A DNA stretch of 64,000 bases from Deltaproteobacteria bacterium (GTDB lineage: Bacteria; Bdellovibrionota_B; Oligoflexia; Oligoflexales; Bog-1112). The stretch spans positions 130,819 to 194,818 of the forward strand of contig CANJLI010000001.1 in NCBI GenBank assembly GCA_947475005.1. Reading direction: 5' to 3'. The position numbers were made by a program, and so were the translations under genes. Of the stretch, positions 35,765 to 45,162 are shown one piece after another. How positions within the stretch are numbered: position 1 is the stretch's first letter; the number at the start of each line of letters is the position of its first letter. The notes under the pieces are model-generated. The model made no database searches, was not told the DNA's origin, and saw only the letters and a program-made list of their open reading frames with translations.

Positions 35765-37516
35765 TCAATCTGGCTGGGTTAGCATCCGCAAACTTTGCTG
35801 GATGAAAGAAGACAACTCGGGGCAACGATCACTTGCAGCCTCTACACAGCGACGCAACTCCGCTGTCTCGGATGCCCGACAATAACGCGCTGCCAATTCC
35901 AACACTTCAAGGTGCAACAACCATTCCTCTGGATACGCCTGCAACGCACTCGCACCTATGCCAAGGATCTGCTGCGCTGTCAACGAATCCGGAGTCTGGC
36001 GACAATTGCGTATCTGCTGGTAGAGAGCAAACATGCGCAGCTCGCTTTCCGTATAAGGAAGCGCACGCCCTGGGGAGGAACTCGCAGCCCCAAGAGCAAA
36101 GCCCCCATACGCGCCCCAATCTGCAGGACCCCCGTATACGCTCTGCGCGGTAGTACCCACCAGCATATCAAAGTCACCCCAATCCGGATGAAACAGACAG
36201 TCCCCGTTCCATACTACCTCAGCCTCCCGCCACGATAGCAAGAGGAGGGCCCCCGCCTGACTCCGCACCCAGTGATGCAGCACACCAGCCACACGTACAC
36301 CGGAGGCAAAGACCAGCGCGCAACGCTTGCCTTGATGCAATTCCAAGGCAGAGAGATCGGCATCCGTAAGGCGATGGGGCTCTTTGCTCGTTCCTTTCCA
36401 CGCCCCCAGCGGCGAGCTAAATCCATCGGGATGCTGCGCGCGCCCCTGACCCGGGAGTTCTTTCTCACCCTCACAGATTTGCACGGCACCTCGCCAGCGG
36501 GCATAAGCGGCTTGCCCCTCATGCTGGCGGTAAGATTCCAAGATCCCCGAGACTGCAACTCCAGACTCCCAGAGCGCCGTGGTCACCGCCTGGCTTTTCT
36601 GTGCGGTAGCCAGGCCATATTCTCCACCCCGGCGAAAGGACAGAGTGGCTTCAAGCTCTAGCAATACCTCGAGCAGGTGGGCAAAATCCCTGGCCACAAA
36701 AAGCTGGGGCTGAGGCTCTGTGATGTCATACCCCTGCTCGATACAAGCGAGAGAGAGTGGCATCTTTCGCACACTCACCCCCAAACAGGACTTTGCTTCT
36801 GCGAGAGAGGACAGGAGCCCTGCGCCAAAAATCTTGGGGGCTTTGAGGGAGCCCACGAGCCCATACTCTGCAGTCCACCAATTCATTCTCGCAACCTTGG
36901 CAGCTTCTGAGACCCAGGAAACCTTACTGTTTGCCTCTTCGAGTTCCGCTTGGGCTTGGGCAATTTCTGCGGGGCTGCAATCGGGACTCTCTTTGGTATC
37001 CGATAATTTACGGATGGCTTCATAGACCTGCACATCCTCTGCGGAAAAAATCGCCTTTTTTGCAAGGGTGGCATAGCGAGTCAAGTACCGAGCGTATTCT
37101 GCATCTGCCAAGATCGGCGCATGACCCGCAGCCTCGTGCACAATATCAGGAGCCGGCGTATACGACACGTGAGCTAATGTGCGCATATCCGCAGCGATGG
37201 GCAGAATTTTGCGCGCCTGAAAGTCCAAGAATGCGAGTGGGGGAATAAATCCACGCACACACACCGCACCCCACCCGAACTCGGAAAGCACCCGATCGAT
37301 CTCTTCGATACGAGGGATTTCTTGGATAGGGATCCCAGTTTTTTGCAGCCCTTCCAAATACACGGAATGAGCAGATTTTGAAAACAGGGCTCTGGCATTG
37401 CGCATAATAAAACGCCAGGTGGCTTGTTCCACAGGGGTATATCGCTCGTAGACTTGTTCCACGACGTAAGGCTGTAAATGGGGCGGAATCTCTGTACGAG
37501 TATGATGGATTGACAT
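35765..37516 (-). CDS. Biopterin-dependent aromatic amino acid hydroxylase family protein with ~300-aa C-terminal extension
   Basis: 583 aa. Iron-binding motif context PAPDIVHEAAGHAPILAD in the N-terminal half. The C-terminal half has no recognisable motif. Confidence 0.6.
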   Translation of the reverse strand: MSIHHTRTEIPPHLQPYVVEQVYERYTPVEQATWRFIMRNARALFSKSAHSVYLEGLQKTGIPIQEIPRIEEIDRVLSEFGWGAVCVRGFIPPLAFLDFQARKILPIAADMRTLAHVSYTPAPDIVHEAAGHAPILADAEYARYLTRYATLAKKAIFSAEDVQVYEAIRKLSDTKESPDCSPAEIAQAQAELEEANSKVSWVSEAAKVARMNWWTAEYGLVGSLKAPKIFGAGLLSSLAEAKSCLGVSVRKMPLSLACIEQGYDITEPQPQLFVARDFAHLLEVLLELEATLSFRRGGEYGLATAQKSQAVTTALWESGVAVSGILESYRQHEGQAAYARWRGAVQICEGEKELPGQGRAQHPDGFSSPLGAWKGTSKEPHRLTDADLSALELHQGKRCALVFASGVRVAGVLHHWVRSQAGALLLLSWREAEVVWNGDCLFHPDWGDFDMLVGTTAQSVYGGPADWGAYGGFALGAASSSPGRALPYTESELRMFALYQQIRNCRQTPDSLTAQQILGIGASALQAYPEEWLLHLEVLELAARYCRASETAELRRCVEAASDRCPELSSFIQQSLRMLTQPD

Positions 37517-37517
37517 C

Positions 37518-39191
37518 TCACTCCCTTTTGCGACGAAAATAAGCAGCCACCAACACCGGGCTAAAAAGCATAAGGACTAACAAGCCGGAGTTCCTCTCTC
37601 CAACCTGAAAACCAGACAGACCGATCATACCGCATCCACGTTGCACTCGTTCTGGCAATGGTTCATACGCTCTTTCCGCGGATACGTCTTCTCCTTTCAA
37701 GAACTGTACAACATCTAGTTTGCCATGGCCAAGCAGAGGACGCTTCTCCCCATCCACCTCCACCAGGTAGGCATCCGCATTAATTCCATCTTCTGCTGCA
37801 GGGTCATAGAGGGAAGAATTGGCGGATTGAAGCAGAGCTTGGCGGCGCTTGGCGGCGGAAAACTCCGGGTACAGTGCAGCATGAAACCCCAAAACCCCTG
37901 CGACAAAGGGAGCTGCCATGGAGGTGCCCTGACTCAAGCCCAGCCCAGAACCAGGAATTAAGGAAAGAATCAGCCCCTGGGGTTCTCCCTCATCTCCTCC
38001 CGGTGCTGCAATATCCACCCAAGAACCAAAGTTGGCATAGGCAGCTTTTTGGCCCGCCCTCGTCAGTGCGGTTACTGCGATCACCTGTGAAAAGGCCGCG
38101 GGAAACATTCGCTCTTCCGTATCCTCATTACCAGCTGCGGCAACGAGCAGGGTGCCTTGCTCGTAGAGTCTCTCAATATAAAATTCCACAATGCGAGAAC
38201 GGTGTTTTTTTCCGAAGGAGGCGTTGATTGCTGAAACAAGGCCTGGAAATTTTTCGTTGATTTTAGATATATAGATCAGGGCTTTTAAGAAGGACTCATC
38301 CGTAACCTGAGCACGCCCTCCATGGCTATCCATGACCTTCACCGGCAACACGCGACATACGGGGCACACACCCGCCCCTCCCAGCTGCACATCCCCTGCC
38401 ACAAGCCCTGCCACGCTGGTACCATGGAAACAGTCTCCGCTAGGACCCTCTGGTCCGGTTGGACACGACTCTCCATGACCAAAAGTTTGAAAGGGGAAAA
38501 TATCACCTGAGCCAAGAAAACCAGGTTCATTTATACCGGTGTTGCAGCCCCATTTGTCATCTTTACAACCGAATGCACCAGGCGTGGGGTTTTGCCAAAT
38601 TTTATCGTGTAAAAATGCTACATGGTGAATGTCGACACCACTATCAAAGACTGCCACAACACTCTCTACCGAGACCAGAGAAGTGCGCCCTTTGAGCCAC
38701 TCCATGGCCTCTGGCAATCGAATGCTTTGATTCCACCAAGGTGGGCTCTCCTGGTACAAAAGCGAGAGCCCACCCCAATCTACCGGTTGAGGCTTTGATT
38801 CAAATAATTGATAGGTTTCATTGGGCTCGATAAAAAGAACCTGCTTGGCGCCTCGTAGCGAACCCAGAAAGGTGGATAATGCCGTATGGTTTTTGGCCTC
38901 AAAACTAAAAATCCCTAGTTGGGTCAGCGGGTTGCCATTTCCTCTAGATTTGGGAAAGAGAATCGGGTTTTGTGTCGAAATTTGGATTTTATCCAAAAAA
39001 GAGGCGGATATTTCTGTACCCAAAAAAGCAGGGGGGGAGCCATGGCTCATATCGATACCCACAAGCACACTTTTGCCTGTAAAGCCCGCTAGGGAATGAA
39101 ATAATTCCTCATCTGCAGGCCCACACCCTAGCCAAATGCGCGCAATCAGTGTATAAAAAAGGCCCTTTACAAGCAGTCTCTGCATAACCAC
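37518..39191 (-). CDS. Subtilisin-like serine protease (peptidase S8) with C-terminal Cys-TM-basic sorting-like tail
   Basis: Catalytic triad contexts VAVFDSGVD, HGTSVAGLVAG and GTSMAAPFVAG. C-terminus is GCGMIGLSGF...LLVLMLFSPVLVAAYFRRKRE. Confidence 0.8.
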   Translation of the reverse strand: MVMQRLLVKGLFYTLIARIWLGCGPADEELFHSLAGFTGKSVLVGIDMSHGSPPAFLGTEISASFLDKIQISTQNPILFPKSRGNGNPLTQLGIFSFEAKNHTALSTFLGSLRGAKQVLFIEPNETYQLFESKPQPVDWGGLSLLYQESPPWWNQSIRLPEAMEWLKGRTSLVSVESVVAVFDSGVDIHHVAFLHDKIWQNPTPGAFGCKDDKWGCNTGINEPGFLGSGDIFPFQTFGHGESCPTGPEGPSGDCFHGTSVAGLVAGDVQLGGAGVCPVCRVLPVKVMDSHGGRAQVTDESFLKALIYISKINEKFPGLVSAINASFGKKHRSRIVEFYIERLYEQGTLLVAAAGNEDTEERMFPAAFSQVIAVTALTRAGQKAAYANFGSWVDIAAPGGDEGEPQGLILSLIPGSGLGLSQGTSMAAPFVAGVLGFHAALYPEFSAAKRRQALLQSANSSLYDPAAEDGINADAYLVEVDGEKRPLLGHGKLDVVQFLKGEDVSAERAYEPLPERVQRGCGMIGLSGFQVGERNSGLLVLMLFSPVLVAAYFRRKRE

Positions 39192-39289
39192 CTGCGATTT
39201 GGCTTGAGATTTTCGGTCTATCTACCGATGGATACTAGACTTTCATGGTTATGCCAGCTTACAGTTGGAAATAAAACTGAGACGGATCT

Positions 39290-40030
39290 ATGGCTCAAAA
39301 AACTACAATCCAGTTGGAATCTAATCTTGTGAGCCCTTCTTATACAAAAGGTCACCCTGAGATTTACGTTGTCTCAGCTCCATCGGGGACAGGGAAAACC
39401 ACGCTCAATCGACGATTGATTGCGGAGCATCCTCAGATTCAATTGACAGTGAGCCACACGACACGCAAGCAACGAGCGGGGGAAAAAAACGGGGACCACT
39501 ATTGGTTTGTTTCCCCTGAAGCCTTTCAGGCATTGCTTGCAAAGAATGCGATGCTGGAACATGCCAATGTACATGGGGCCTACTATGGGACCAGCTTGCA
39601 TGAAATCGAACGAATTCAGGCTCAAAACTGTGCTGTATTGTTGGAGATCGATGTGCAAGGCTGGCAGCAAGTACGATCCAAAATCCCAAGCGCAACTGCG
39701 CTGTTAATTATTCCTCCTTCCATGCACGTACTCTGGCAACGTTTGTCAGAGAGAAAAACAGATACCCCGGAACAAACCTGGAAACGGTTTCAAAACGCAC
39801 GCGCTGAAATCCAGGAGTGTGAATATTTTCAGTATTTTATTGTGAATGATTCCTTAGAAATCGCCTACCAGGAACTCGAAGGACTCCTGGTAAAAAAGGC
39901 GCCTCCGGCTCTTTCTCATGCACAAGGACTTGCACATTGTAGGAAATTATTGCAAGAGTTTGATTCAGCCCCCGAGATCCAGCAATTAAAGGTACAGTAT
40001 GGCGCACCTTCTACAGCCCTCCCCCGCTGA
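39290..40030 (+). CDS. gmk: Guanylate kinase (with ~50-aa C-terminal extension)
   Basis: VVSAPSGTGKTTL P-loop, TTR...E..G.HYWFVS motif. 246 aa versus about 200 typical. Confidence 0.85.
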   Translation: MAQKTTIQLESNLVSPSYTKGHPEIYVVSAPSGTGKTTLNRRLIAEHPQIQLTVSHTTRKQRAGEKNGDHYWFVSPEAFQALLAKNAMLEHANVHGAYYGTSLHEIERIQAQNCAVLLEIDVQGWQQVRSKIPSATALLIIPPSMHVLWQRLSERKTDTPEQTWKRFQNARAEIQECEYFQYFIVNDSLEIAYQELEGLLVKKAPPALSHAQGLAHCRKLLQEFDSAPEIQQLKVQYGAPSTALPR

Positions 40031-42209
40031 GGAATTTGACAAGCTGCTCGCCCAAGTGAAGGCGTACCTGCCTGATCCAGCGATGCTGGACTCTATTCAA
40101 AAAGCCTACGAATTTGCCGCTGAAAAACACGCAAACCAAAAACGAGTCTCTGGAGAACCCTACATTCTCCATCCTATTGCAGTGGCTCAAATCCTTACTG
40201 AATTCAAAGTAGATGCACCGACCCTACTGGCAGCAATCCTCCACGACATCGTGGAAGATACGGATGTACCCATTGAGACCATCGAAAAGATGTTTGGCAA
40301 AACAGTAGCTACGCTGGTAGGGGGACTCACAAAAATAGCCAAAATCCAGTTTAGTTCGAGCCAACACCGCATGGCCGAGAACTTTCGGAAAATGGTCCTG
40401 GCAATGGCCAAAGATCTGCGTGTTATTTTGATCAAACTCGCCGATCGGCTTCATAATATGCGCACATTGGGCTCTTTGTCTCCGGAGAAGCGCAGACGTA
40501 TTGCTGAAGAAACGCTCGAGATTTATGCCCCACTTGCAAACCGATTGGGGATTTACGGATTCAAAAGTGAGCTGGAAGATCTCTGCCTCAAAGAAACCAA
40601 AAATCAAATCTATCGTGAACTTTCCAAAAAAGTTGCGGCTAAAAAGCAAGAACGAGAAAACGAAATCCTGGCAATCAAAACGATTCTTCAGGAAGAGTTG
40701 CAAAAATACCCATTTGAAACTGTCTCTGTCTATGGGCGACCGAAGCACTTTTATTCAATCTATAAGAAAATGGTGGACCGACAGCTTGCCTTTGAGGACA
40801 TTCATGACCTCTTTGCCTTTCGCATTGTAGTGGGCTCTGTCAAGGAGTGCTACGAAGCTCTAGGCGTCCTCCATGCCATATGGAAACCCATGCCAGGGCG
40901 CTTCAAAGACTATATTGCCATGCCAAAGGCAAACTTGTACCAGTCTCTCCACACGACGATTGTGCGCCCCAATGGCACCCCTGTAGAGATCCAGATCCGC
41001 ACCAAGGAAATGCACCATATCTGCGAGTATGGGGTTGCCGCGCACTGGAGTTATAAAGAAAGAAGTGCAACGCCACATACAGCTACAGATTTGGAAAAAT
41101 TCTCGTGGCTGCGTCATATGATGGAACTGCAGCACGACGTACAGGACCCGAACGAATTTCTGGCTGCAGTAAAGCTAGACCTTTTTGAAGAGGAAATTTT
41201 TGTATTCACCCCGAAGGGTGATGTGGTCCAATTGCCCAAAGGGGCTACTGCGTTGGATTTTGCTTTTGCTGTGCATACCGATGTGGGACTCCATACGGTA
41301 GCTACAAAGGTAAATGGGCGCATTTTACCCCTGCGAGGCAAGCTGTCCAACGGAGATATTGTCGAGGTACTCACTGCCACCACACAAACGCCAAGCAAAG
41401 ACTGGCTTAGTTTTGTCATCTCTTCAAAGGCTCGCAACAAAATCCGATCTCACCTGCGCAGTGAGCAGAGGGAGAAAAGCTTACAGATGGGGCGTGATCT
41501 ACTCCTCCATGAGCTGGAAAAACGGCATCTCGTCTACGACACCTTGTTAAAAAATGGACAGTTTGAGAAGCTGATCAAAACCGCAAAAGAAAGCTCTCCC
41601 GACGAGCTCTTTATTGCCATCGGATATGGGCAAGTCAACGCGAAGGACCTCCTTGCGAAGGTATTGCCTTCTCAGGACGAGCCAGCGCGACTGCGTCCTT
41701 CTCAGCTGGAGTCGACACCTTCCACTCATCATGTCACCAAGCCGCCCAAAAATTCTCCTTCTAGCGTTCTCGTTTCGGGACTCGAGAATATTTTAGTCAC
41801 CTTTGGGCGATGCTGTTCTCCGCTTCCTGGGGAGCCCATCATTGGCTTCATCACCCGAGGGCGTGGGGTATCGATTCATCGCAACACTTGTCCGCGCGCC
41901 TTAGACCTCGATCCCGTGCGACGCATCGATGTGCAGTGGGCCGATCCTGCTCTTTCAAAAGAAAAACACAACGCCTACCTACGGGTGGTAACCCAAGACC
42001 GCCAAGGGATTTTGGCAGAAATTACCCTTGCAATTTCCGGGTGCGGGGCTAACATCAAAAAAGCTCAAGTCCGAGTATCACCCAATATGATGGGCATCCT
42101 CGATTTTGAGCTCGATATTCATAATTTAGAACAACTCCACCGTGTCATCGCTAAGATCGAAGCCGTACCCAATGTCGTCTTTGTCGAGCGCAAAACGGGT
42201 GGTGTTTGA
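39999..42209 (+). CDS. rel: Bifunctional (p)ppGpp synthetase/hydrolase, long RSH
   Basis: 736 aa. HD hydrolase motifs (HPIAVA..ILHDIVEDT), synthetase motifs (GRPKHFYSIYKKM, YQSLHTT, EIQIRT), then TGS and ACT-like C-terminal regions. Confidence 0.9.
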   Translation: MAHLLQPSPAEEFDKLLAQVKAYLPDPAMLDSIQKAYEFAAEKHANQKRVSGEPYILHPIAVAQILTEFKVDAPTLLAAILHDIVEDTDVPIETIEKMFGKTVATLVGGLTKIAKIQFSSSQHRMAENFRKMVLAMAKDLRVILIKLADRLHNMRTLGSLSPEKRRRIAEETLEIYAPLANRLGIYGFKSELEDLCLKETKNQIYRELSKKVAAKKQERENEILAIKTILQEELQKYPFETVSVYGRPKHFYSIYKKMVDRQLAFEDIHDLFAFRIVVGSVKECYEALGVLHAIWKPMPGRFKDYIAMPKANLYQSLHTTIVRPNGTPVEIQIRTKEMHHICEYGVAAHWSYKERSATPHTATDLEKFSWLRHMMELQHDVQDPNEFLAAVKLDLFEEEIFVFTPKGDVVQLPKGATALDFAFAVHTDVGLHTVATKVNGRILPLRGKLSNGDIVEVLTATTQTPSKDWLSFVISSKARNKIRSHLRSEQREKSLQMGRDLLLHELEKRHLVYDTLLKNGQFEKLIKTAKESSPDELFIAIGYGQVNAKDLLAKVLPSQDEPARLRPSQLESTPSTHHVTKPPKNSPSSVLVSGLENILVTFGRCCSPLPGEPIIGFITRGRGVSIHRNTCPRALDLDPVRRIDVQWADPALSKEKHNAYLRVVTQDRQGILAEITLAISGCGANIKKAQVRVSPNMMGILDFELDIHNLEQLHRVIAKIEAVPNVVFVERKTGGV

Positions 42210-42224
42210 CAAAAGGGATTCAGC

Positions 42225-43232
42225 TTGAAAGAAGTTATAAAGAAGGCATTAAACGGCCCACTTGGAAAAGCCTTCGATTTCCTAGTAAGCCTGGGGATTT
42301 ATCCAGCTGCCTTACTTTTAAAACTTGTCCGAGCCATAGGTGTTCAAAGATTACCACAAAGCAAAAAAGCTTTGTTCAACGTAGGTCTTTTTCCTATAGC
42401 CGCCCACTATTATGAGCCTATCTTCGGCTTAACCACAGAGCAACATACAAAAATCTCCAACAAACGTTCACTGCCTGGTATAGACTGGAATCTAGATGAA
42501 CAAATTACTCTTTTACAAACAATGCAATTCGCAACTAGTTTGAATCAATTGCCTTATAAAAAAACCGATCCTCTCTTGTTTCATTTAAATAATGGATCTT
42601 TCGAATCCGGCGATGCTGAATATTGGTATCAAATTATCCGCGTAAAAAAACCAAAAAGAATTTTTGAAATTGGTTCTGGAAATTCTACTTTGATGGCACG
42701 GCAAGCGATTCGAGACATCAAAGCAGAAGATCCATCCTATCAATGCAAGCATATATGTATAGAGCCATATGAAATGCCATGGCTTGAAAAAACAGGCGCT
42801 GAAATCATGCGCAATAAAGTAGAGGATCTTGAGGTCTCTTTTTTTTCAGAGCTTAAGCAAGATGACATCCTCTTTATAGATTCTAGTCACATGATTCGAC
42901 CCGGCGGAGATGTTCTCTTTGAATATTTAGAAATACTCCCTACCCTCGCGCCCGGTGTGATCGTGCATATACATGATATTTTTTCTCCTCATGACTATTT
43001 AAAAGAATGGCTTGTAGATAAAGTCCTATTTTGGAATGAGCAATATTTACTAGAGGCTTTTTTATGTAATAATTCTGAGTGGAAAATTATTGGAGCTTTG
43101 AATTTTTTGCACCACTCTTATTACGATAAACTAAAAGAAGTATCCCCCTATCTTACAAAAGATAGAGAACCTGGCTCATTTTATTTACAAAAAAGGGGGG
43201 CTCCTACTATACAAATACACGACGACTTGTAA
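42225..43232 (+). CDS. Class I SAM-dependent methyltransferase-like protein (Methyltransf_24-like)
   Basis: 335 aa. IFEIGSGNSTLMARQA and LFIDSSHM motifs. TTG start as in the ORF track. First gene of the AT-rich island. Confidence 0.5.
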   Translation: MKEVIKKALNGPLGKAFDFLVSLGIYPAALLLKLVRAIGVQRLPQSKKALFNVGLFPIAAHYYEPIFGLTTEQHTKISNKRSLPGIDWNLDEQITLLQTMQFATSLNQLPYKKTDPLLFHLNNGSFESGDAEYWYQIIRVKKPKRIFEIGSGNSTLMARQAIRDIKAEDPSYQCKHICIEPYEMPWLEKTGAEIMRNKVEDLEVSFFSELKQDDILFIDSSHMIRPGGDVLFEYLEILPTLAPGVIVHIHDIFSPHDYLKEWLVDKVLFWNEQYLLEAFLCNNSEWKIIGALNFLHHSYYDKLKEVSPYLTKDREPGSFYLQKRGAPTIQIHDDL

Positions 43233-43310
43233 CGTCAACTCCCCCTCTCAAGAGCAACCTTGGCAGTCTTTGGAGAAAAGAGGGGGCAGTAAAATAGATA
43301 GGCTATACAG

Positions 43311-44060
43311 ATGACTAAAATCTCCATAATTACAATATTTAAGAATGAAGAAAAAAACCTTGCAGCCACGTTAAACAGTCTGTTAATTCAAACCGTTACA
43401 AATTTTGAATGTATTTTAATCAATGGGAACTCAAAAGATTCTTCTTTGCAAATTATAGAAGAATGCATAGGCTCTGACTCTCGTTTTCATGTCTATAATG
43501 AAGAGAGCCAAGGAATTTCAAATGCCTTCAATCAGGCTATACGGCTTGCAAAATCACCTTTTTTATTATTTTTAAATGGTGGAGATTGCCTCTCTCGTCC
43601 AGATGCTTTGTCTATTCTATACAACTTATCAAAACTATATCCTAATTCCATTGTTTCATGTCATAGCGAATATATAACAGAATCCGGAGAAAAAACAAAA
43701 AAATACTACCCCCCCTCTCCGTTCCAAGTAAAAAATCTTGAGTGGTATTGTGCAATTTCGCACCAAGCTACTTTAATCCCTCTTTCTTTTTTCAACCTAT
43801 ATGGAGGATATATCCCCTCATTTCAAATTGCCATGGATTATGAACTATGGCTCAGAGCCGCACACTTAAAATACCCGATAGTTGCTTCGAATGAAGTAAT
43901 TGCTTATCATCGCGAAGGTGGAGCAAGTTTTAAAAATATCAATCGAGGAAGAAAAGAACAAGTGTGCACCAGGCTCCTTCATCTGCCAACATGGAGATGG
44001 AGCCTCTTAAAAGATGTGATCCAACTCGGACTGACTATGCTGCCTAGTAGGATCTATTAA
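43311..44060 (+). CDS. Glycosyltransferase family 2
   Basis: 249 aa. KISIITIFKNEEKNL N-terminus and NGGD acceptor/DxD-like region. Confidence 0.75.
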   Translation: MTKISIITIFKNEEKNLAATLNSLLIQTVTNFECILINGNSKDSSLQIIEECIGSDSRFHVYNEESQGISNAFNQAIRLAKSPFLLFLNGGDCLSRPDALSILYNLSKLYPNSIVSCHSEYITESGEKTKKYYPPSPFQVKNLEWYCAISHQATLIPLSFFNLYGGYIPSFQIAMDYELWLRAAHLKYPIVASNEVIAYHREGGASFKNINRGRKEQVCTRLLHLPTWRWSLLKDVIQLGLTMLPSRIY

Positions 44061-45154
44061 TGGCTGTTGAACTCGTAATATTGGAAGACTCAAGCCAAGC
44101 AATCTTTGGTGGTGGACAAAGAATTACACTGGAGATGATAAACTGTATACAAACAGAATGTTCTTTTGTGCTCATCGATACTTGTGATAGCCCTTGGCAC
44201 AAAAAAATTATAGGTGAAGACGCATCTGTTATCTCCCTACATTTAGGCAAATACTTCACAAATCCAATTTTATTTAATTTCTTTTTCTTTTTTCTTAGCA
44301 CTTGGAAAGTAATATGTTTAAAGCCCACTTATCTATATATAACAACTAGAAAAAATTTAATCCCTGCTTTATTCATAAAATGTATTCGCCCTAACACAAC
44401 GATTATCTACCACTATCACCTATTAACTGGAGATTCATGGTTTTGGTCCCTATATGATACGCTAGTTGCTGGGATTTCTACTCATTTAATTTTTACTAGC
44501 CAGTATACGTTATCTATATACAAAGAAAAAAGATGGAGATTGATAAAGTATATAGAGAACAGATGTCTAATAGCGCCAATACCACCATCAAAGTGGGCTG
44601 ACTCCCACTTCACCAACCTTAAAATACCTATTAATCCAATTGTTATTGGATTTGTAGGGAAAATAACAGAAAAAAAGGGGGTTTTATTATTTATTGAAGC
44701 TTTAAAAAAATTACCACTTGAGTTAAATTGGCAGGGGATAATAGCCGGGAGCGGTCCATTAAGCGATGTAATAAAAGAAGAGTGCTCCAAAAAGTACTGG
44801 AATGGAAGAATCCAATATCTAGGCCCAATAGAGACTAATGCGGATTTTTATGCAACATTATCAATTCTGACTATACCAACCTTTACGGATACAGAAAGTT
44901 TAGGATTAAGCGCTTTAGAAGGGATTCAAGCAGGCATCCCCACGTTAGTCGCAGACAAAGGAAATTTACATTTTTTCATCTTAGATGGCCTCGCCTACCC
45001 TCTTACAAAACCAAACCCTACATACATTGCTAAAGAAATATATAAATTATATGAAATGTTAAAAAAATCCCAAAAAAGAGAACCGCACAAATCAATCAAA
45101 AATGACAGAGAAAACTACAAAAAATTCTTTCTCCAAATTTTTAAAAAAGGTTAA
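44060..45154 (+). CDS. Glycosyltransferase family 4 (GT-B)
   Basis: 364 aa. C-terminal TESLGLSALEGIQAGIPTLVADKG (E-x7-E type motif). Confidence 0.7.
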   Translation: MAVELVILEDSSQAIFGGGQRITLEMINCIQTECSFVLIDTCDSPWHKKIIGEDASVISLHLGKYFTNPILFNFFFFFLSTWKVICLKPTYLYITTRKNLIPALFIKCIRPNTTIIYHYHLLTGDSWFWSLYDTLVAGISTHLIFTSQYTLSIYKEKRWRLIKYIENRCLIAPIPPSKWADSHFTNLKIPINPIVIGFVGKITEKKGVLLFIEALKKLPLELNWQGIIAGSGPLSDVIKEECSKKYWNGRIQYLGPIETNADFYATLSILTIPTFTDTESLGLSALEGIQAGIPTLVADKGNLHFFILDGLAYPLTKPNPTYIAKEIYKLYEMLKKSQKREPHKSIKNDRENYKKFFLQIFKKG

Positions 45155-45162
45155 TCAGAACT

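Noticed and set aside
35795-37248. Numerous 60-150-aa ORFs on both strands within the hydroxylase gene
   Set aside because: These are GC-rich shadow ORFs. The 583-aa frame carries the hydroxylase motif and spans the whole region.
39999-40030. 32-nt overlap between the gmk C-terminal extension and the rel start as a possible frameshift or fusion
   Set aside because: Both frames are intact with plausible boundaries. An internal downstream start for rel, or simple overlap, explains it. No slippery sequence was noticed.
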